Origin: Vulcanimicrobiota bacterium
GTDB lineage: Bacteria > Vulcanimicrobiota > Vulcanimicrobiia > Vulcanimicrobiales > Vulcanimicrobiaceae
DNA: 64,000 nt
Assembly: GCA_963777315.1 (NCBI GenBank)
Contig: CAVZQC010000004.1
Location: 448,001-512,000 of the forward strand
Direction of reading: 5' to 3'
Under the pieces are notes generated by a model, which had not been told where the DNA came from, did not search any database, and saw nothing but the letters and a program-made list of their open reading frames with translations. Below are positions 1 to 9,748 of this stretch, piece after piece (position 1 is the first letter of the stretch; each line of letters opens with the position of its first letter). A program made the position numbers and the translations under genes.

Positions 1-645
1 AAGAACCTGTGCGGCACGTTCGCCGAACCTATCGCCGTATTCGCCTGGATCGATGCGTTGCAAACGTTGCCGTACCGCAACCTGCGCGACGGGCTGGCGG
101 AAATCGTGAAATGCGCGATCGTCGAAGGCGACGAGTTCTTCGAGGCGCTGGAAAATCTCGCGCCTCATCCGTTCGTTCGCTGGCCTTGGGAGACCGTCGT
201 TTCTTACGCGCAGCAAGTGAAAACGGCCATCGTCAACGACGACCGTCACGAGCGCGGCATGCGGCAACTGCTCAATTTGGGCCATACGTTCGGGCACGCG
301 ATCGAAAGCGCTTCGGGCTATCGGGTCTCGCACGGCGCCGGGGTTTCGATCGGTTTGCGCGCAGCCGGGCTGCTGGCCCTGCGCACCGGACGCTTCAGTG
401 AGCGCGATCATCTTCGGGTTTTGGCACTGCTCGCGTTGCTCAAACTTCCCGCAACGACGCGCGAGCAGCCCAAGCGCGTGTTCGCAGCGATGCAGAGCGA
501 TAAGAAGAAGACGGGGAGGGCGCTGCGGTTCGTTCTGCCGCGAGCGATCGGAGACGTTGAATACGGCGTGCGAGTGCGCACGGATTCCGTTCGCGCCGTT
601 TTAGAAAAGTTGCAAGCAGCGCCGGGAGGCGACGAATTCCGCTAG
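1..645 (+). CDS. aroB: 3-dehydroquinate synthase (5' end outside window)
   Basis: Frame open from base 1: KNLCGTF...GLAEIVK...LNLGHTFGHAIE...SHG...MQSDKKK, the DHQ synthase motifs. Confidence 0.93.
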   Translation, partial: KNLCGTFAEPIAVFAWIDALQTLPYRNLRDGLAEIVKCAIVEGDEFFEALENLAPHPFVRWPWETVVSYAQQVKTAIVNDDRHERGMRQLLNLGHTFGHAIESASGYRVSHGAGVSIGLRAAGLLALRTGRFSERDHLRVLALLALLKLPATTREQPKRVFAAMQSDKKKTGRALRFVLPRAIGDVEYGVRVRTDSVRAVLEKLQAAPGGDEFR

Positions 646-692
646 TCCGCTCGGTCGATGCGCTGGCCGCCATTCGATCGTCCCGTTTCGAT

Positions 693-3029
693 TTGCCGCT
701 GAGCTACGACGCGGGAGATCTGGACCTGCGCGTCGGCGACGTGGTGCGCGTGCCGCTCGGCTCGCGCGAACAGATCGCGTTCGTCGTTTCCAAACCGCAA
801 ACGATTGAATCCGATCGTCCCCTGCGCCCGGTGAGCGCGTTGACCGGCGTGCCGCGCGCGTTCGATGAAGTGGGTTTGGCGCTGGCGCGTTTCGTTTCAC
901 GCTATTACATCTGCACGTTGGGTGAAGCGCTGAGTGCGGCGATTCTCGGCGGAGCGGTGCCGCATGCCGTCGACACGTTCGTGCGCACCGTGGCAACACC
1001 TAATCGCGCGCACTATCCATCAGTGCCGGAGCGTTTGGTGCAGCTGATCTGGAACGATTTTCAGGAGGGATTTTCGCTCGAACGGCTTTTGCGCCATCCC
1101 GAGGCGCGGCGAGCGGGGGATAGGGCGGCCTTGCTTCGCCATCTGAACGCGCTGGTCCGCAGCGGAGAGCTGCGCCGCGAGGGGCGCATGGTCGATCCGC
1201 GCACGCACGAGCATCGCGTGAGGGTCCTGTTTTCCGGCGAAGGCGTGCCGCGCGGACATCGGACTGCGGCATTGCTCGAGTTCGTTCGCGCGCAGCCCGG
1301 CGTTCCGCGGGCGGACGCCGTTCTCGCCGGCTTTTCGCATGCGTTGGTTGCGCGAGCCGTGCGCGCGGGCATGGTCAGGGAAGCAGAGCAGGCGCGCTCG
1401 CGTTTTCCGGCACCCCCGATCGCACGCACATCCCCGCTGGCCGCAACGCAAGCGCAGCGCGCTGCCGTCCAAGCAATTCGATCCCGTTTGGACGACGGCT
1501 CGTTCGGTGAATTGCTGCTGCACGGCATCACGGGCAGCGGCAAGACGCTGGTGTACATCGAAGCCATCGCGCACGTCATAGCACGCTTGGGCCGGGCTAT
1601 CGTCCTCGTACCGGAAATCTCGCTTACGCCGCAGACGGCACGCCGCTTCGAGCACGCCTTCGGCAGCCGTGTCGCAGTGCTTCACTCGGCACTTTCCGAG
1701 CGGGAGCGCTTCGACGCCTGGCAGGCTTGTTCGACCGGTGAGATCGACGTTGTGGTCGGCGCGCGCAGCGCCGTGTTTGCGCCGCTCGCCAACGTTCGGC
1801 TCATCGTTGTAGACGAAGCGCATGAATCGTCGTACCGCCAGGAAACTTCGCCTCGCTACAACGCCGTTACGGTCGCGCGCGAGCGCGCGCGGTTGGAAGG
1901 CGGAGTGCTCGTTTTGGGCAGCGCGACGCCGTCGCTGGAAAGCTACGCCGATGCGCGAGCCGGCCGCATCGCGCTGGCGGAACTCACCGAACGCGCCACC
2001 GGCCAGCCGCTGCCGGCCGTGCGCGTCGTCGACATGGCGCGCGAATTCGAAACTGGGAATCGGCGGATCTTCAGCGCCGCGCTCGCTCAGGCGTTGGACG
2101 ACCGGCTCCGGCGCGGCGAAAAAGCGGTGCTGTTCGTCAACCGGCGAGGAAGCGCGGGATTTCTGCTGTGCCGCGCGTGCGGATGGGTTCCGCAGTGCAC
2201 GCGCTGCAGCGTATCGCTGACGGTGCATCGCTCCGAGGGCCTGCTGCGCTGCCACTACTGTGATTTTCAGCGGCCGATTCCGCGCGCGTGCGAGCGCTGC
2301 AGCGGCGACGCGATACGTGAATTCGGCGTTGGGACCCAGCGCGTCGCCGAGGATGTGCGGCGGCTCTACCCCGGGGCGCGAGTCGTTCGCATGGACGGCG
2401 ACACCACGACTCGCATTGGCGATCATGCCCGCCTGTTGGATGAATTTGCCGGTGACGGCGACGTGCTCGTGGGCACGCAGATGGTCGCGAAAGGGTTGGA
2501 TTTTCCAACCGTAACGCTCGTCGGCGTCGTTGCCGCGGACGTCGGACTCCACGCGCCCGACTTTCGCGCGGCCGAACGAAGTTTCGCCCTTATTGCCCAG
2601 GTATGCGGGCGCAGCGGACGCTCTGCGCCGGGCGAAGCGATCGTCCAGACCTATTCGCCCGCGCATCCCGCGATCGCGTTCGCGGCATCCCACGACTATC
2701 GAGGTTTCGCTCAGGGCGAGCTGTCCGAGCGTGCGGCGCTTTCGTACCCGCCGTCGTGCGGTTTGATATATCTCGGCGTCGTCGCCCGCGACCGTCAAAA
2801 GGCACTCGCCCAAGCGCGCGGTTACGCGCGAACGCTGCAACACATCCAGGGCGTTACCGTGCTCGGGCCGGCGCCGTACCCTATCGCCAGACTCGGCAAC
2901 GAATGGCGCTTTCGCATCGCGCTCAAAGCCGGCCGGCTCGAACCGCTGCGCGATGCGATCAGAACGCAGATCCTGCCGGCAGCGCGCAAAGAGCATTCCG
3001 TCCGGCTCGTGGTCGCGGTGGATCCATGA
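693..3029 (+). CDS. priA: Primosomal protein N' (replication restart helicase); true start probably upstream near 636
   Basis: GITGSGKT Walker A, VPEISLTPQ, DEAH, two CxxC-CxxC zinc clusters, GTQMVAKGLDFP, QVCGRSGR. Confidence 0.96.
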   Translation: MPLSYDAGDLDLRVGDVVRVPLGSREQIAFVVSKPQTIESDRPLRPVSALTGVPRAFDEVGLALARFVSRYYICTLGEALSAAILGGAVPHAVDTFVRTVATPNRAHYPSVPERLVQLIWNDFQEGFSLERLLRHPEARRAGDRAALLRHLNALVRSGELRREGRMVDPRTHEHRVRVLFSGEGVPRGHRTAALLEFVRAQPGVPRADAVLAGFSHALVARAVRAGMVREAEQARSRFPAPPIARTSPLAATQAQRAAVQAIRSRLDDGSFGELLLHGITGSGKTLVYIEAIAHVIARLGRAIVLVPEISLTPQTARRFEHAFGSRVAVLHSALSERERFDAWQACSTGEIDVVVGARSAVFAPLANVRLIVVDEAHESSYRQETSPRYNAVTVARERARLEGGVLVLGSATPSLESYADARAGRIALAELTERATGQPLPAVRVVDMAREFETGNRRIFSAALAQALDDRLRRGEKAVLFVNRRGSAGFLLCRACGWVPQCTRCSVSLTVHRSEGLLRCHYCDFQRPIPRACERCSGDAIREFGVGTQRVAEDVRRLYPGARVVRMDGDTTTRIGDHARLLDEFAGDGDVLVGTQMVAKGLDFPTVTLVGVVAADVGLHAPDFRAAERSFALIAQVCGRSGRSAPGEAIVQTYSPAHPAIAFAASHDYRGFAQGELSERAALSYPPSCGLIYLGVVARDRQKALAQARGYARTLQHIQGVTVLGPAPYPIARLGNEWRFRIALKAGRLEPLRDAIRTQILPAARKEHSVRLVVAVDP

Positions 3030-3054
3030 TGCTTTGTGGTATGGTGAGCACGCG

Positions 3055-4062
3055 ATGACGATAGCGCTCACGAGCGGCGTTGCACGGTTGTTGCCCGTGG
3101 CATGGGTCCTGGGCGGGATCGTCGTCGGCTTTATCGCTTACACGGCGATTTTTCGGCCGCTTCAGCGCGCGGGGCAGGCACGCGGATGGGCGGCGCTTTC
3201 TACCGTCTCGGCTATCGCGGCCAGCGTAGCGATCTTATGGGGCGCGCTGGCCGGGCTGTACATCGGGCTCGACCGCGTTGCACTTTCGGCGCGCGATAGT
3301 CTGGTGCTGGATCGCGTCATCGGCGCACTGTTCGTCTTCTCGCTCACGTGGATTGCCGCGCGTCTGGCAGCAGCCTCGATTGCATCGTTCGGCCGGCGAA
3401 GCGAAGGCGGCCTGTTTTCCGTCTCCCTGTACTCGACGCTGGTGCAAGGCGCGATCATCTGCGTCGGCCTGCTTACCGTTTTCAGTTCGCTTGGCATTGC
3501 GATCGCGCCGTTGCTCACCACGCTGGGGCTGGGAGGGCTGGCGGTCGCGCTGGCGCTCAACGACACGCTCACCAATTTGTTTGCCGGCGTGCATATCGTC
3601 GCTTCGCGCCAAATTCGCGTCGGCGACTTCGTCAAATTCGACTTCGCCGAAGGCGAGGTCACCGACATCAAGTGGCACAACACGACCATCCGCGGACTGC
3701 AGAACGACGTCATCGTTATCCCCAACGCCAAAGTGAACACGTCGGTGTTCACGAACTACTCGTTGTCGGTTTCAGATATCGCCGCCGCCGTGAGCGCTAC
3801 ACTGGCATGGAAAGGATCGTACGCGGCGCTGGAGGCGTTGGCGATGCGCGCGGCTCAGGACGCCGTCGGCGACACGGCGGGGCGTCTGCCCGCAACGGAC
3901 TGCCGAATCGTTTTCAGCACGTTGAACGAAACCAGCCTTCAGATTACCGCGTACCTGCCGATACAACATGCCGGCAACCGCGTGCGCGCGAGCAGCGAAT
4001 TCTTGCGCCGGCTTTACGACGGCACGCGCGACGCGCACTTCGGCGCAGATCGCATTTCTTGA
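3055..4062 (+). CDS. Small-conductance mechanosensitive channel (MscS family)
   Basis: N-terminal TM helices, LGLGGLAVALALNDTLTNLFAG, IRVGDFV, IPNAKV. Confidence 0.9.
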   Translation: MTIALTSGVARLLPVAWVLGGIVVGFIAYTAIFRPLQRAGQARGWAALSTVSAIAASVAILWGALAGLYIGLDRVALSARDSLVLDRVIGALFVFSLTWIAARLAAASIASFGRRSEGGLFSVSLYSTLVQGAIICVGLLTVFSSLGIAIAPLLTTLGLGGLAVALALNDTLTNLFAGVHIVASRQIRVGDFVKFDFAEGEVTDIKWHNTTIRGLQNDVIVIPNAKVNTSVFTNYSLSVSDIAAAVSATLAWKGSYAALEALAMRAAQDAVGDTAGRLPATDCRIVFSTLNETSLQITAYLPIQHAGNRVRASSEFLRRLYDGTRDAHFGADRIS

Positions 4063-4069
4063 AAAGAGA

Positions 4070-4384
4070 CTACTTCGACTTTGCGCTCTTCTTTTTGCTC
4101 GCCGTGCGCTTTGCAGCTTTGGCAATCGGTGCTGCCGGCGTCTGGCCCGCCTTCGCGACGGCTGCAGCAAGGCGCGACTTTTTGCGCGCGGCTTTGTTCG
4201 GATGAATGATGCCTTTTTGAGCGGCCTTGTCGAACTGACTTTCTACGGACGCGGACGCCGCAGAGTCGTCCGCGGCGACGGCAGACTTGTAAACGGTCTT
4301 CAAGCGCGTTTTCACGTCCAAATTCCGTTTGGTTCGTTTCTCGCTCTGGCGCATCCACTTTTGGGCGGCCTTGATGTTGGGCAC
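4070..4384 (-). CDS. rpsT: 30S ribosomal protein S20 with Ala/Lys-rich C-terminal tail
   Basis: GTG start after GAGGAG; PNIKAAQKWMRQSEKR...DKAAQKGIIHPNKAARKKSRL. Confidence 0.95.
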   Translation of the reverse strand: MPNIKAAQKWMRQSEKRTKRNLDVKTRLKTVYKSAVAADDSAASASVESQFDKAAQKGIIHPNKAARKKSRLAAAVAKAGQTPAAPIAKAAKRTASKKKSAKSK

Positions 4385-4418
4385 TAACGGTTCTCCTCGC
4401 ACTGCGGCAACGACGCGC

Positions 4419-4427
4419 AGTATAGCA
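4419..4427 (-). promoter_or_regulatory. Extended -10 promoter element for rpsT
   Basis: Minus strand reads TGCTATACT (TGn-TATACT) about 35 nt upstream of the rpsT start. Confidence 0.6.
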
Positions 4428-4438
4428 CAGGCGCGCCG

Positions 4439-5329
4439 CTAGGGTCCAGGTCTACTCAGGATACGGCGATAGCTCGCATACCGGCTGGGCGCAATCCTGC
4501 CCGACTCGACCGCCGCCCGGATGGAGCAGCCGGGTTCGTGCATATGCGAGCAGTCGCGAAAACGGCACTCCTCGACCAGATCGCGCATTTCGCGGAATCC
4601 CTCCACGAGCTCGGCCGCGCTGATATCGCCCAGGCCGAACTCGGTCACGCCGGGGCTGTCTATAAGGAAGCCGTCCGCCATGCGGTACAGCCGGGCGGCG
4701 GTCGTCGTTTGGCGGCCGCGGCCGTGCCGCGAGACGTCGCCCACGACCGCCTGGCCCCCCAACGCACGAAAAATCGAACTTTTCCCGACACCGGAAACTC
4801 CGCACAACAGCGAGCGCCGTCCCGAGAGCGCCGCGCGCAGCAGCGGAACGCCCGCGCCGGACTTCGGGTTGACCGTCAGCGTGGAGTACCCAAGCGATTC
4901 GTAGAGCTGCGGCAGACGCAGACCGGTTTCTTCCGGCGCCAAGTCCGGTTTGGTCAGGACGACCAGAGAGTCGATGCGGTCGAGCTCGGCAAAGGCCAGC
5001 AGCTGATCCAGCGTGGCCAAACGCGGCGGCGGATCGGCCAGTGCCGTGACGGTCGCCATGGTGTCGACGTTGGCTGCGAGGATTTTGCTGCGACCCTGAT
5101 GCGTGCGCCGCTGCATGCGTGAAGTGCGCGCGTGGACGCGATCGACCAAAGTGCGGCCGTCTTCGAGCACGCGCACGTCGATGCTGTCGCCGGTGACGAG
5201 CATTTCTCGTTTTCCGCCGGCGGCGGTTCGTTTGAGGTCGGCTACCCGAGGCACGTGCTCGCTGTCGAGCACGACCCACGCCGCGTTCTTACCGACCGAC
5301 ACGACGCGCGCCGGGAACGATTGGCTCAC
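4439..5329 (-). CDS. rsgA: Ribosome small subunit-dependent GTPase A
   Basis: Circularly permuted GTPase: ANVD, TKPDL, GVSGVGKSS, GRQTTT, DSPG, zinc finger CRFRDCSHMHEPGC. Confidence 0.93.
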   Translation of the reverse strand: MSQSFPARVVSVGKNAAWVVLDSEHVPRVADLKRTAAGGKREMLVTGDSIDVRVLEDGRTLVDRVHARTSRMQRRTHQGRSKILAANVDTMATVTALADPPPRLATLDQLLAFAELDRIDSLVVLTKPDLAPEETGLRLPQLYESLGYSTLTVNPKSGAGVPLLRAALSGRRSLLCGVSGVGKSSIFRALGGQAVVGDVSRHGRGRQTTTAARLYRMADGFLIDSPGVTEFGLGDISAAELVEGFREMRDLVEECRFRDCSHMHEPGCSIRAAVESGRIAPSRYASYRRILSRPGP

Positions 5330-5350
5330 GCGGCTAACGATGCACTCATT

Positions 5351-5890
5351 GTGGAATGGGCCCGAACGCTGCGCATCGACGCACCGCGCAATGACGAGGT
5401 GCAAGGACTGATCGCCGCAGCGTTTTCGCGAGCGGGGCTCGCGGCGCGTTTCGGACCGGCGAGCGAGCTGTCGCGCACGTACGTTTTGCTCGAGGGAACG
5501 CGCGACACCGATCCCGCGCAGTACGAGCAAGCCGTTCCGGACGCGTTATGGTACGACGAAGCGATCATCGCCATTGCAATTGAACCCGCACCGGCGGATG
5601 CCTTGCCCGAATTGCATGCGGCCCTGGGTGGGGCGGGTGCGCCCGCGGGCGTCGCGGCATGCGACATCATCGGGGGCCGACTGGTCGTCGAGGTTCGGCC
5701 CTCGGTCACCCAGCCTATGCTGCTGCTGCAGATTGTCGACTTGGAACTGCGCCGCCGGCATGGATATCGTCGCACGCAGCTGCTGGCGCCGCTGCCGATG
5801 GAACTGATGGCGCGCATTGCGGCACTCGGGCTGCAGGCGCCCGAAATTGCACCCGACCGGATTCTGGAATCCCTGCTGCATGTGGAATAG
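5351..5890 (+). CDS. Hypothetical protein overlapping the cdaA start
   Basis: Protein-like ORF from GTG 5351 filling the gap; stop overlaps the ATG at 5880; no family recognised. Confidence 0.6.
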   Translation: MEWARTLRIDAPRNDEVQGLIAAAFSRAGLAARFGPASELSRTYVLLEGTRDTDPAQYEQAVPDALWYDEAIIAIAIEPAPADALPELHAALGGAGAPAGVAACDIIGGRLVVEVRPSVTQPMLLLQIVDLELRRRHGYRRTQLLAPLPMELMARIAALGLQAPEIAPDRILESLLHVE

Positions 5891-6756
5891 CATCACGCAA
5901 TACGTCGGCCTGACCGACGTGGTCGACATCGTCGCGACCAGCGTGCTGATCTATTACCTGCTGCTGCTCATTCGCGGCACGCGCGCCGTCCAGATCCTCA
6001 CGGGCGTACTGGTGCTGGTGGCGATGCTGGCCGTTTCCAACGTCCTGCATCTGCTGATGCTCGGAACGATACTGCAGCTCATCGTCCTGGGGGCCGCAGT
6101 CACGTTGCCGATCGTCTTTCAACCCGAACTGCGGCGCGCGCTCGAGCAACTCGGACGCGGCGGCTTTTTTCATCTGCACGAAGACGAACACGGGCGCCGC
6201 CGCTCCGACGAAATGGTGATGGCGACGCTGGCCAAGACTGCATTTTTACTGTCCCGAAACAAGTGCGGCGGCTTGATCGTCGTCGAGCAGCAAACCGGTC
6301 TCAAAGAGTTCGTCGAGAGCGGCACTCCGCTGGACGCGCAGTCTGTCCGTGGAGTTGCTGCTCGCGATTTTCGTGCCGGGTTCGCCGCTGCACGACGGAG
6401 CGGCGATCGTGCGCGGCAATACGATCGAGGCGGCCGGATGTTTTCTGCCGCTGGCCGAGCAGTCGCTGGCCGAACGCCGTATCGGCACGCGCCACCGCGC
6501 CGCCCTGGGACTTTCCGAACAAACGGACGCCGTGATCGTCGTCGTTTCCGAAGAGACCGGTGCAATTTCAGTCGCTCGCGGCGGGAAGCTCTCGCGTGCA
6601 GTAGAGGAAGAAGCAAGGCTCTTTCGCTTGCTGCTGGCCTCGACGCGTCCGCGCCGCGATCTGCGCGAAACGCGCAACGATCTCGTGACGCATGTCCGCG
6701 AGCGGCTCCGGCGCACGCAGCGCGACCGGCGCGAGAAGATCCGGCAAGTACGCTGA
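5880..6756 (+). CDS. cdaA: Diadenylate cyclase CdaA/DacA, frameshifted (+1 at about 6342)
   Basis: Three TM helices, [23 protein letters not shown]; after the shift SPLHDGAAI and [16 protein letters not shown] (DGA and RHR motifs). Confidence 0.92.
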
Positions 6757-7460
6757 TGGTTTGGGCGATCCGCCGGAACTTCGGCCTGAAGCTGCTCTCG
6801 GTGTTGCTGGCCATGCTGGGTTGGGCATATTTTCGTTTTGCCGGCAATCCGGTGATCGCCGCGCGTTTCGCGCAGCAGGTCAGCGTCCCGATCGCCACCG
6901 TCAACTTGGCATCCGGATACATCGCCCGCTTTCCCGACAAGGCCGCAGTCATCACGATCGAACCCAAGCGCGGCGAACCGCCGATCAAGCCGGATGAAAT
7001 CAAGGCCGTGCTCGATCTGTCCGGGCGCGGCGCGGGCGTGTATAACGTGCCGGTGGAGTTGGTAGCACCCAGTTTGGCGGTACAGTCGCTCAGCCCGGCA
7101 TCCGTAACGCTTTCGATCGAGAAGATCGACCAGCGGACGTTTCCCGTAGCGATGCACTACGCCAATCAAGCCAACGTCGTGGTCAGCCGGTTTACGGTCA
7201 CGCCGATTTCGGTGAACGTTCGCGGGGCAACCAGCGACCTGGCGCAGGTCGCCACCGTGCGAGTGGATATGCCGCTGCGGGCGTGGCACGCGTCGTTGGA
7301 CGAAATGGTGCGGCCGGTTGCGGTAAACTCGTCGGGAGACGAGGTCGCCGGCGTGCAAGTTTCTCCCAATCTCGTACGCGTGCAAGCGCAATTCTTACCG
7401 GCGAGCAAAGGAAGTCTGAAGTGGGGCGAATATTCGGAACCGACGGCGTGCGGGGCGTAG
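6756..7460 (+). CDS. cdaR: CdaR/YbbR-like regulator of CdaA
   Basis: TGATG overlap with cdaA; NFGLKLLSVLLA TM anchor followed by YbbR-like beta domains; position between cdaA and glmM. Confidence 0.8.
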   Translation: MVWAIRRNFGLKLLSVLLAMLGWAYFRFAGNPVIAARFAQQVSVPIATVNLASGYIARFPDKAAVITIEPKRGEPPIKPDEIKAVLDLSGRGAGVYNVPVELVAPSLAVQSLSPASVTLSIEKIDQRTFPVAMHYANQANVVVSRFTVTPISVNVRGATSDLAQVATVRVDMPLRAWHASLDEMVRPVAVNSSGDEVAGVQVSPNLVRVQAQFLPASKGSLKWGEYSEPTACGA

Positions 7461-8770
7461 CCAACACCGAGCTTACCCCGCAGCTCGCGTTCGCCGTCGG
7501 CCGCGCCGGCGCCGGCGTGCTCTCGCGCAGCAGCGACAGGCATCGGCCGATCGTCGTCGGGCGCGATACGCGCTTGTCGGGAACGATGCTGGAGGCGGCC
7601 ATCGTCTCGGGCATTACCTCGGTCGGACGCGATGTGGTCAGCGTCGGAATCGTTCCGACGCCTGCAATAGCGACGATAACGGTGCGAACCGGCGCAGCGG
7701 CCGGCGTAATGATCAGCGCCTCGCATAACCCGATCGCCGACAACGGCATAAAATTTTTCGGACCCGACGGATTCAAGCTTTCCGATGCGATCGAAGACGA
7801 GATCGAAGCGCTGCTCGATCGCGATGGTTTTCCCTATCCGACCGGCACGGAGATCGGGGTTGCAAGCCTGGGACAGAACTTGGGCAGGCACTATTACGAC
7901 GAGCTGTACGCCGGGGCGGCGGATTTGAGCGGCATGACGATCGTCGTGGACGGTGCATTCGGAGCGGCGTACCAGTATGCGCCGTACGCGCTGCGCAAGC
8001 TCGGCGCAACCGTTGACGAAATCAATTGCGAGGCCGACGGCGCGCGCATAAACGTGCAGTGCGGAGCGACCGACTTGCGTGCGCTGCAGGCCCGGGTGCA
8101 GTCTAGTGCACGCGACGGCTCTCGCCCGGTCGGCGTTGCTTTCGACGGCGACGCGGATCGCGCCATGTTCGTCGACGAAACAGGCGCGGTTTTGAACGGC
8201 GATCACGTCATGCTGATCCTTGCCCGAGATTTACATTCGCGCGGAGAACTGGCTAAAGCCACGGTCGTAGCGACGGTGATGAGCAACATCGGGCTCGAGA
8301 AGGCACTCGCAAAGCACGGAATTACGCTGCTGCGCGCGCCCGTGGGAGACCGCTACGTGCTCGAACGCATGCGTGAAGGCGGCTACGTCTTGGGGGGCGA
8401 GCAATCGGGCCATATCATCGACCTGCGCAACAACACGACCGGAGATGGGCCCATGACCGCGATCGCGCTGTTCGGCACCGCCGTCCGCAGCGGCAAGACG
8501 CTGCGCGAACTGGCGAGCGACTTGACGGTCTACCCGCAGGTATTGGTCAACGTTCGCACGACGTCCAAGCAAGTGCTGGACAGCCCCGACGTTCGCAAGG
8601 CCGTCGCGCGAGCCGAGGAAGATTTGACGGGAAATGGGCGACTACTGATACGTCCGTCGGGTACGGAGCCGCTCATCCGTGTTATGGTCGAGGGCGAAGA
8701 TCAGCAGCGTATCGAGGCTCTGGCCAACGATCTCGCTGACCGCATCAGGCGGGCCGCTTCAGTAAATTGA
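7421..8770 (+). CDS. glmM: Phosphoglucosamine mutase
   Basis: FGTDGVRG, ISASHNP, DGDADR, GGEQSGH, RPSGTEP. Confidence 0.96.
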   Translation: MGRIFGTDGVRGVANTELTPQLAFAVGRAGAGVLSRSSDRHRPIVVGRDTRLSGTMLEAAIVSGITSVGRDVVSVGIVPTPAIATITVRTGAAAGVMISASHNPIADNGIKFFGPDGFKLSDAIEDEIEALLDRDGFPYPTGTEIGVASLGQNLGRHYYDELYAGAADLSGMTIVVDGAFGAAYQYAPYALRKLGATVDEINCEADGARINVQCGATDLRALQARVQSSARDGSRPVGVAFDGDADRAMFVDETGAVLNGDHVMLILARDLHSRGELAKATVVATVMSNIGLEKALAKHGITLLRAPVGDRYVLERMREGGYVLGGEQSGHIIDLRNNTTGDGPMTAIALFGTAVRSGKTLRELASDLTVYPQVLVNVRTTSKQVLDSPDVRKAVARAEEDLTGNGRLLIRPSGTEPLIRVMVEGEDQQRIEALANDLADRIRRAASVN

Positions 8771-8880
8771 CCGGCCGCCGATATTAGTGGTGCGCCTTGC
8801 GGCCCGTGGAGGGAATGCCCCACTCGGGTGCAACAAGGGCACACGCCACGCTAACGTAGCCTGGCGATACTAGCTTGCCA

Positions 8881-9005
8881 CAATCACTGAGTCCGCCCCG
8901 CGAATGGGGCCGGAGCGGGGGATATGCCGGTAGGGGTGAATGGGCCGGTCCGGTCCTAGGGCGATCTTTCACGTCCGAACCCGACAACTAACCCCGCAAG
9001 TGTTT
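8881..9005 (+). promoter_or_regulatory. Cyclic di-AMP riboswitch (ydaO/yuaA family)
   Basis: Ordered conserved blocks AATCACTGAGTCC...GGAGCGGGGGA...GGGGTGAA...TAGGG...CCGAACCCGACAACTAACCCCGCAAG in the leader of a cell-wall hydrolase. Confidence 0.85.
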
Positions 9006-9020
9006 TGAAAGAGGAACATT

Positions 9021-9698
9021 TTGCGTTATCTTTTAGCCACCGGGGCGTTGGCATTTCTGCTCGCCGGCACCAACACTTTTGCGCTCGCAGATCCGTCGGC
9101 GACCGCACCGCAGCCCGCAACGGCGACCACCGTGACGGCGCCGGCCGCCGCGCAGGCCGAGCAAGACCAGGCCGCTGAACCGGGTACGCCGGTAGAAAGC
9201 CCCGACGTCGCCGAGTGGACTTCTCAACTGATCCGCGAGCAGCAATCTGCTTCCGCGCATCACACGTCGGCGGGGCGCGCGCTCAGCAAGTTTGCCGGCC
9301 GGCTCCTTTCTCGGACGACGCGAATTGCCAAGAACCTCACCCGCGACGCGCTGCGGTTTTTGGGCACGCCTTATGTCTTTGGCGGCACGTCCGCTTCAGG
9401 CTTCGATTGCTCCGGGTTCGTTCAGCACGTCTTCGCCATGCTCGGCGTGAGCATACCGCGTACGGCCGACGGGCAGTATTATGCCGGCGGACGCGTTCGC
9501 GGCCACATGAAGGCAGGCGACTTGGTGTTCTTCCAGACCTATGAGCCGGGACCGTCGCACGTGGGAATCTACATCGGCAACGGCAAGTTCGTTCACGCCA
9601 GCTCCAGCCACGGCGTTATGGTCAGCAGCCTTGACGACTCCTACTGGTCCGCGCGGTATTTGGGCGCCAAGCGCGTGATCGCAATCGCCCGGCGGTAA
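9021..9698 (+). CDS. Secreted NlpC/P60 (C40) peptidoglycan endopeptidase
   Basis: Signal peptide, GTPYVFGG, FDCSGF catalytic Cys, GDLVFF, SHVGIY, FVHAS. Confidence 0.93.
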   Translation: MRYLLATGALAFLLAGTNTFALADPSATAPQPATATTVTAPAAAQAEQDQAAEPGTPVESPDVAEWTSQLIREQQSASAHHTSAGRALSKFAGRLLSRTTRIAKNLTRDALRFLGTPYVFGGTSASGFDCSGFVQHVFAMLGVSIPRTADGQYYAGGRVRGHMKAGDLVFFQTYEPGPSHVGIYIGNGKFVHASSSHGVMVSSLDDSYWSARYLGAKRVIAIARR

Positions 9699-9748
9699 TC
9701 GTTCTGCAGGCAGGAACGCGCGCGGAAGAAGAGCAGCGCCGCGCCGCA

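Noticed and set aside
1020..3071. Long antisense and alternative-frame ORFs (also 27047..28840, 29595..31541, 40370..41764)
   Set aside because: Shadow frames of well-supported genes in GC-rich DNA with no recognisable motifs
5817..7460. 547 aa ORF appearing to fuse CdaA to CdaR
   Set aside because: Caused by the +1 base at 6342; the middle is out-of-frame junk and cdaR has its own ATG at 6756
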